This document shows positions 17,666 to 22,939 of a stretch of DNA of 22,939 nucleotides, one piece after another; within the stretch, counting starts at the first letter, position 1, and each line of letters starts with the position of its first letter. The translations under genes were made by a program, and so were the position numbers. The stretch covers positions 1 to 22,939 of the forward strand of contig JAZBOO010000116.1 in NCBI GenBank assembly GCA_036351155.1, given 5' to 3'. Origin of the DNA: Candidatus Krumholzibacteriia bacterium (lineage in GTDB: Bacteria > Krumholzibacteriota > Krumholzibacteriia > LZORAL124-64-63). The notes under the pieces were generated by a model that made no database searches, was not told where the DNA came from, and saw nothing but the letters and a program-made list of their open reading frames with translations.

Positions 17666-19105
17666 ATGCGTGAGGAAATCTGGTTTAGTACTCTTTCTGG
17701 AGGGAGCAGATCGAGCCGCTTACTGGGAACATGGGTGTTTGATTTGAAATTCCACAAGATACCGGGCTCCGTGCTGATCTTGATTGTCTGCGCGGGATAC
17801 ACCCAAATCCTGAACACCTTCTGGTTCCATGACGACTGGGTCTTCCTGGCCAATGCCGCCGGAATTGAGCCTCGTGGGGGAGGGCTGGCCCGATGGATTT
17901 CGTATGTGGGTTACTGGAAGCTGTTTTGGCCTGCTTTCGGCCTGGAGAGCGTTTTCTGGGGAGTGACCCGGTTCCTGCTCCATGTCCTTTCTTCTCTTCT
18001 TGTGATGATGATTGGGCGGCAGGTTGGCCTTTCCCGGGTGGGGCAGCTGTTGTCGGGTTTTATTTTTGCCTCGGGAGCGGTGGCCTTTGAAAGCTTGTAC
18101 TGGGGCACCGGAGCGATCGAACTCCTGGGTGGTTTTTTCAGCCTGCTGGCCCTCTGGCTCTGGTTGACTGGAAGAGGATTTCAGTATCTGGCCCTGGTGG
18201 CCGCCATGCTGGCCATATTGAGCAAGGAATCCAGCCTGTTTCTCCCTGCTTTCTTTGCCCTCCATTTGATGAAATCTCAAAGAAGGGATCCGCTCAAAAT
18301 CCTGGGAATTGCCACGGTCGTCCTTTTCGCGGTGCTGGCCATTTTCGCCCTCCGAAATGATTTCGGGTCCTCGGCCGAATATGCTCTGACTCTGCAGGCC
18401 ATTCCCCGCAACATGCTGGCTCTGGGGTTCTGGCTCGTGGCGCCACCTCCGTTTCAGAGGGGCCTGGAATGGACGCAAGCCTGGCCCCTGATGGTGGGGG
18501 CGCTGGTGTGGATCAGCTGGATCATTCTGGCCCTCAAGGAGGCCAGGGCGGGAAGGTGGACCATACCCGTGGTCCTTCTGATGACAGGGATCAGCATGGG
18601 GCCGGCGGCCCTGTTGAGCACGCACGTTTTACCTCGCTATGATTATCTCCCCACCGCTGGGCTGGCGTTCACCATCGGGTGGGTTCTGGATCGCCGCCTA
18701 CGGTGGGTTTCGGCAAGAAGAGAGATCCTGGTCGCCGCCGTGTTCGCGATTCTGGTGGGGGTTTCCACCTACTACCGGGTGCACGTCACCTTCACCAACG
18801 GCAGACCTGTGCACCGCCTGGTGGTGAAGGAGCAAACTTCACAGCGGGTGTGCCAGGGACTGGAGAAGCTGGATCTGAACCCGAATGATCGTCTGGTTTT
18901 CTTTATCGAACCCAGCACCCACCCCGAGGAGCTGAAGCATTTGCAGGATTCCGTGGGAGGAACCCTGGGCCCCCGCCTGATCCTGGGACCGAACATCAAG
19001 GTGACCTGGAGCCATGAAATCACCCCGGAAGACATCGGGGCCTGGATCATTTCCGTCGATGGCCTGGATCTGGAACTCCTGGGGAAATACAACCCCCGGA
19101 GATAG
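17666..19105 (+). CDS. Multi-pass membrane protein, GT-C (PMT/ArnT-like) glycosyltransferase-like; start uncertain (GTG 17735 also possible)
   Basis: Acidic 'FHDDW' loop after the first TM, 'LSKES' motif, 'PRY' before the late TMs, about 10-11 hydrophobic segments, soluble C-terminal tail. Confidence 0.6.
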   Translation: MREEIWFSTLSGGSRSSRLLGTWVFDLKFHKIPGSVLILIVCAGYTQILNTFWFHDDWVFLANAAGIEPRGGGLARWISYVGYWKLFWPAFGLESVFWGVTRFLLHVLSSLLVMMIGRQVGLSRVGQLLSGFIFASGAVAFESLYWGTGAIELLGGFFSLLALWLWLTGRGFQYLALVAAMLAILSKESSLFLPAFFALHLMKSQRRDPLKILGIATVVLFAVLAIFALRNDFGSSAEYALTLQAIPRNMLALGFWLVAPPPFQRGLEWTQAWPLMVGALVWISWIILALKEARAGRWTIPVVLLMTGISMGPAALLSTHVLPRYDYLPTAGLAFTIGWVLDRRLRWVSARREILVAAVFAILVGVSTYYRVHVTFTNGRPVHRLVVKEQTSQRVCQGLEKLDLNPNDRLVFFIEPSTHPEELKHLQDSVGGTLGPRLILGPNIKVTWSHEITPEDIGAWIISVDGLDLELLGKYNPRR

Positions 19106-19146
19106 CGGGGCAATCGCCACAGGGATCTTGCCAGTGGGAGGCATGG

Positions 19147-19168
19147 ATTTTCCAACGGGTTGGAAAAT
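19147..19168. repeat. Dispersed palindrome, copy 4
   Basis: ATTTTCCAAC-GG-GTTGGAAAAT (10-bp arms) between convergent genes. Confidence 0.65.
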
Positions 19169-19224
19169 TTTACAGACCCATCCGTAAGGAAATCTGGTCG
19201 AGATACCCCCACGGCGGGTTGCCC

Positions 19225-20352
19225 TCAGTCTGCCTCCAACCTGTACCCATCGCTCAGGGTCATCATGAAGGCCACGATGTCGTCCATCTCGTTGTTGGTC
19301 AGGCCCAGGTTGCCCAGCTCTTCCTTGTTCACCGTGGCGGGGAATTCGGCGGGGGCCCAGGGACCCACGTCGCGCGAGTTGTAGAAAGCCACCACCTCGA
19401 ACAGGGTCTTGAAGTAGCCGTTGTGCATGTAGGGCGGGGTAACGCCCACGTTGCGCAGCGAAGGCACGCGGAACAGACCATCCAGTTCGGGGTCATCCAG
19501 CGTTTTACCCAGCCCGCGATCTTTCCAGTCCCAGCCCTCGGGGTTCAAGGCCTTGTCCATGGTGTAGAAAGGCAGCTCGGGATTGCGGGGCACACCCAGG
19601 TTGTCGTAGGTGAAATCTGTCAGCTGGGGCAGGGCGCCGTCTTCCTGGATGGTGTGGGGATGGCAGGCGGCGCAGTTGCCCTTGTTCTCGTCCACAAACA
19701 AATCCAGCCCGCGCATTTCCTGCGCCGTCAGCTCCACCTTGCCCTGCAAGTAAAAATCGTACTTGCTGTCGAAGGGGTGGAAAAGCTCAGTCCGCTGGAA
19801 GGCGGCCAGCGCGCGCGCCATGTTGCGGAAAGCCTGGCCGTCGTCCTTCAGGGCGTCGGGTCCGTAGACCTGACGGAACTGATCGGCATAGGGCAGCTTG
19901 CGCAGCTGATTGGCGATGTAGGCCGTGTCGGTCACCGCCATTTCGAGGGGATTGAACGGGGGGCCCTGGGCCTGCTCTTCCAGTGAGTTCACCCGGCCAT
20001 CCCAGAACAGACCGCCCACCCATACGCTGTCCTGGTCGTCGTAGCTCAAGGGGGGTATGAAGCTCGCGTATGTCAGCATCATGTCGTTGCGGTTGCCGAA
20101 CCGGTCGCGGTGCACACCCCGGGAAACGGGCAGGCCGTGTTCGGGGTCGGCGAAGGCCAGGTCCGGGTGGTGGCAGTCGATGCAGCCCTGACCCGGGGGA
20201 TCGGAAAGGGAGGTCTCGGCAAACAGGGTTTCGCCCAGGTCCTGTTCCCGTTTTTGGAGGTCGTGGTCACGGCTCTGGCTCCCACCCAGAGCAAGGTGGG
20301 GGAGAATCAAAAAACCCGTCAACAGGGTAAACAACTGCAAAATTCTGCGCAT
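19225..20352 (-). CDS. Diheme cytochrome c peroxidase/MauG superfamily protein (MauG-like)
   Basis: GGAGG RBS before ATG 20352, signal peptide, two CxxCH motifs (CIDCH, CAACH), LFWDGR, NPLEM, 'FRVPSLRNVGVTPPYMHNG...VVAFYN'. Confidence 0.88.
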   Translation of the reverse strand: MRRILQLFTLLTGFLILPHLALGGSQSRDHDLQKREQDLGETLFAETSLSDPPGQGCIDCHHPDLAFADPEHGLPVSRGVHRDRFGNRNDMMLTYASFIPPLSYDDQDSVWVGGLFWDGRVNSLEEQAQGPPFNPLEMAVTDTAYIANQLRKLPYADQFRQVYGPDALKDDGQAFRNMARALAAFQRTELFHPFDSKYDFYLQGKVELTAQEMRGLDLFVDENKGNCAACHPHTIQEDGALPQLTDFTYDNLGVPRNPELPFYTMDKALNPEGWDWKDRGLGKTLDDPELDGLFRVPSLRNVGVTPPYMHNGYFKTLFEVVAFYNSRDVGPWAPAEFPATVNKEELGNLGLTNNEMDDIVAFMMTLSDGYRLEAD

Positions 20353-20458
20353 CCGTCCGTTCCTCCGGGTCGTTGCTCCGTCCATTCGGCCCTCTTTCGC
20401 CCAATTATGCCCTTTTAGGTCCCTGATGAAAAGAGTCATTTTTTTGCACCCCACCCCC

Positions 20459-20488
20459 TTGACATCGGGGTTTAAACGACTTTATCAT
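20459..20488 (+). promoter_or_regulatory. Sigma70-type promoter of the polyamine operon
   Basis: TTGACA (perfect -35), N18, TATCAT. Confidence 0.65.
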
Positions 20489-20494
20489 TCTCCC

Positions 20495-20609
20495 CTGCTC
20501 GTGCTCTAGGCACGAACTGCTATTCCTGCCGTCCCCAAGCCCTGGACCCCCCGGAACAGAAGCGTAAGGCGGCTTCGCAGTGTGTTCACAGACTCGGGGG
20601 GCTTATGGG
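20495..20609 (+). promoter_or_regulatory. Putative structured 5' leader that sequesters the RBS
   Basis: Nested stems CCCCCCG/CGGGGGG, GAACA/TGTTC and GAAGC/GCTTC, plus a 5' hairpin TCGTGC/GCACGA. Confidence 0.4.
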
Positions 20610-20978
20610 TTGCACAAGGGAAAACACCTTCTGATTGATTGTAGCGGGGTACCCCGCGAACTCTGTCTTGATGATCAAAGGCTTCTGGAAGCCATGGCTC
20701 GTGCTGCCACGGAATGTGGTGCTACGGTCATTTCCCAGATCAGGTATCGCTTCGGAAGCGATTCGCCGCCGGGCTGTACGGCCATCGTCATGCTGGACGA
20801 AAGCCACTGCTCCGTGCACACGTACGCCGATCTGGGTCTCATGGCTCTGGATGTGTTTACCTGTGGGAACACCAACCCGGAGGATGTCTGGGCCAAGCTG
20901 GCTCAGGAGCTTTCCCTGACCGACGCGCAGGTGAAGATGGTGGAGCGTTTCACTCCTACGGAGGTTCTGGAATGGTAG
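20610..20978 (+). CDS. speD: Pyruvoyl-dependent S-adenosylmethionine decarboxylase-family proenzyme (AdoMetDC or neofunctionalised arginine decarboxylase)
   Basis: 'GKHLLID', autocleavage motif 'LDE-SHCSVHT', 'DVFTCG'. Probable TTG start at 20610 after GGGGGG (alternative GTG at 20580). Confidence 0.85.
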   Translation: MHKGKHLLIDCSGVPRELCLDDQRLLEAMARAATECGATVISQIRYRFGSDSPPGCTAIVMLDESHCSVHTYADLGLMALDVFTCGNTNPEDVWAKLAQELSLTDAQVKMVERFTPTEVLEW

Positions 20979-21265
20979 TCCGCGACGATGATTTCCTGGA
21001 AGACGAGTACCGGGACAACCGCCCGGCCAAGGGTCGCAAGTCCGGGCGCAAGCAGCCCGATATGCGGCACGAGTCTCAGGAAGACTTCGGTTTGACGCGC
21101 CGTTCGCGGTCCTATGCTCAGGATGATGACGAGGGGTTCCTCGAAGATTTCGATGAGGACGATCTCGTGGACGATGATGACCTGGACCTGGATGACGATG
21201 AGGATGCCGATTTCGACGATGACGATGATGACCTGGTGGATTTCGAGGATGACGAGGACTATTGA
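20972..21265 (+). CDS. 97-aa hypothetical protein with a basic patch and an extremely acidic C-terminus
   Basis: GGAGG RBS at 20960-20964, ATG 20972 lies inside the end of speD, stop TGA overlaps the agmatinase TTG, 33 of the last 47 residues are D/E. Confidence 0.75.
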   Translation: MVVRDDDFLEDEYRDNRPAKGRKSGRKQPDMRHESQEDFGLTRRSRSYAQDDDEGFLEDFDEDDLVDDDDLDLDDDEDADFDDDDDDLVDFEDDEDY

Positions 21266-22122
21266 GCGCCCGTTGGCACGATAATCCGGGGGCTTTCGGG
21301 GGCATTGAGGACCACTGTGATCCTGGCACCGCCAGGTTTGCCGTGTTGCCCATTGCCTACGATGGCACCAGCACCTGGTTGAAGGGTGCGGACCGTGGTC
21401 CGGAGGCCATCCTGGAAGCCTCGGCCAACATGGAACTGTACGACATAGAGACCGACAGCGAGCCCTGGCTGTCGGGGATTGTGACCGCGGCTGCCCTGAC
21501 CGGGTTCGCGACTCCTGAGGACATGGTGGCCGCGGTCAAGGGCACCGCCGAAGAGCTCATCGACGCGGGCAAGACCGTGATCGGGCTGGGGGGCGAACAT
21601 TCGGTGAGCATCGGGCTGATCCAGGCCCATGCGCGCCGATATCCGGGATTGAACGTCCTGCAGTTCGATGCCCACGCCGACAGCAGGGACCAGTACCTGG
21701 GGTCGTCCAACAACCATGCCTGCGTCATGGCCCGGGTGGCCGAGATTTGCCCGTTCGTGCAGGTGGGCATCCGCAGCATGGATGCCGCCGAGAAGGCCAA
21801 CATCAACCAGGACCGCGTGTTCTTCGGTCACGAATTCACGGCCGATGATGCGCAGGTTCAGGCCATCGTGGATCAGCTGAATGATCCTGTTTACCTGACC
21901 ATCGATCTCGATGTGCTGGATCCCTCGGAAATGCCGTCCACCGGGACGCCCGAGCCCGGGGGAATGCGGTACCTGCAGATGATCAAGGTGATCCGGGCGG
22001 TGTGTGCCGCCCGCAAGGTGGTGGGCTTCGATGTGGTCGAGCTGTTGCCTCGGCCCGAGAACAAGGCCCCCGATTTCCTCGCCGCCCGTCTGGTTTACCA
22101 GATCATGGCCTACCTGGGTTGA
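21262..22122 (+). CDS. speB: Agmatinase (ureohydrolase family)
   Basis: GGEHSVS, DAHAD and 'TIDLDVLDPS..PSTGTPEPGG' Mn-binding motifs; TTG start. Confidence 0.92.
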   Translation: MSARWHDNPGAFGGIEDHCDPGTARFAVLPIAYDGTSTWLKGADRGPEAILEASANMELYDIETDSEPWLSGIVTAAALTGFATPEDMVAAVKGTAEELIDAGKTVIGLGGEHSVSIGLIQAHARRYPGLNVLQFDAHADSRDQYLGSSNNHACVMARVAEICPFVQVGIRSMDAAEKANINQDRVFFGHEFTADDAQVQAIVDQLNDPVYLTIDLDVLDPSEMPSTGTPEPGGMRYLQMIKVIRAVCAARKVVGFDVVELLPRPENKAPDFLAARLVYQIMAYLG

Positions 22123-22153
22123 AAGCCCACGCGTCCCTTTGAAGGAGACCCCA

Positions 22154-22939
22154 TTGCAAAAGAGCGATTTCCTGCACCAGACGGTGCGTCACGTCGATGT
22201 GACCAGCTTCGACGCCCGGCCCATCATCGACAGCTACCGCAAGATGGCCTTTTCCAGCCGTGACCTGGCCAATGCCACGGACATCGTCAACCGCATGATG
22301 GCCGACACCGACTGCGCCGTGATCCTGACCCTGGCCGGCTCGCTGTGCAGTGCCGGTTTGAAGGACGCCATCGTGCTGATGATCGAGAACAACATGGTCG
22401 ACGCGGTGGTGTCCACGGGCGCCAACATCGTGGATCAGGACTTCTTCGAGGGGCTGGGCTTTCGGCATTACCAGGGCTCCAGCATGGTCAATGACCACGA
22501 TCTGCGCGAGCTGGGCATCGACCGCATCTACGACACCTACATCGACGAGGAAGAGCTGCGGGTTTGCGACATGACCGTGGGCGAGATCGCCGACACCTTG
22601 CCGGCCCGACCCCACAGCAGCCGCGAGTTCATCCACGCCATGGGTGCCCACCTGGACAGCAAGGGTTTGAAGGCCGACCACTCCATCGTCCACGCGGCCT
22701 TCCGCAAGGGTGTGCCCATCTTCTGCCCGGCGTTCAGCGACTGTTCGGCGGGTTTCGGTATGAACCACCATCAGTGGCAGCGCAAGGAATACCTGACCAT
22801 CGATTCGGTGGCCGATTTCCGCGAGCTGACCCAGATCAAGCTGCAGGTGGAGGACACGGGCATTTTCATGCTGGGCGGCGGCGTGCCCAAGAACTTCACC
22901 CAGGATGTGGTGGTGGCCACCGATATCCTGGGCGAGGAA
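22154..22939 (+). CDS. Deoxyhypusine synthase-family protein (SpeY-like), 3'-truncated by the window edge
   Basis: Not in the ORF track. AAGGAG RBS at 22142-22147, then TTG 22154: MQKSDFLHQTVRHVDVTSFDARPIIDSYRKMAFSSRDLA...VSTGANIVDQDFFEGLG...IDRIYDTYIDEEEL...PIFCPAFSDCSAGFG...LGGGVPKNFTQD. Confidence 0.9.
   Translation, partial: MQKSDFLHQTVRHVDVTSFDARPIIDSYRKMAFSSRDLANATDIVNRMMADTDCAVILTLAGSLCSAGLKDAIVLMIENNMVDAVVSTGANIVDQDFFEGLGFRHYQGSSMVNDHDLRELGIDRIYDTYIDEEELRVCDMTVGEIADTLPARPHSSREFIHAMGAHLDSKGLKADHSIVHAAFRKGVPIFCPAFSDCSAGFGMNHHQWQRKEYLTIDSVADFRELTQIKLQVEDTGIFMLGGGVPKNFTQDVVVATDILGEE

Noticed and set aside
20495..20609. SAM-I/spermidine or guanidine-II riboswitch
   Set aside because: The leader lacks the SAM-I core segments (AUC..GAG, GCAACC, GUGC) and the twin ACGR-loop hairpins; it is kept only as an unclassified structured leader
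21122..21262. GAY/GAR-rich tract as a microsatellite or non-coding repeat
   Set aside because: Codons alternate irregularly and stay in one open frame with an RBS and overlapping start and stop, so coding is the better explanation
22154..22939. eIF5A/EF-P hypusination system
   Set aside because: The context (speB, speD-like) points to polyamine synthesis, and no efp or IF5A gene is visible in the window

Overview
GC-rich bacterial chromosomal segment. Two secreted proteins end in an 'N-x-P-N-P-F-N-P' FlgD-Ig/T9SS type A-like sorting domain, which suggests an FCB-group lineage such as Krumholzibacteriota/Latescibacterota (inference). From left to right the window holds: a partial Na+/solute symporter (-); a secreted lipocalin-like protein; a czcCBA-type divalent-metal RND efflux operon; a small outer-membrane beta-barrel; a secreted five-repeat plus serine-hydrolase protein (-); a lipoprotein; a small membrane protein; a troABCD/mntABCD-type metal ABC importer (-); a beta-propeller protein; a GT-C-like membrane protein; a MauG-like diheme protein (-); and a polyamine operon (SpeD-family decarboxylase, a 97-aa polyacidic ORF, agmatinase, and a partial deoxyhypusine-synthase/SpeY-like gene). 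I saw no rRNA, tRNA, CRISPR array or transposase. The two most notable observations are: (1) the polyamine operon has a leader that can sequester its ribosome-binding site, probable TTG starts on all three enzymes, and an unannotated polyacidic ORF overlapping both neighbours; (2) a TTCCAA-N4-TTGGAA palindrome recurs four times, always just downstream of a + strand stop codon.
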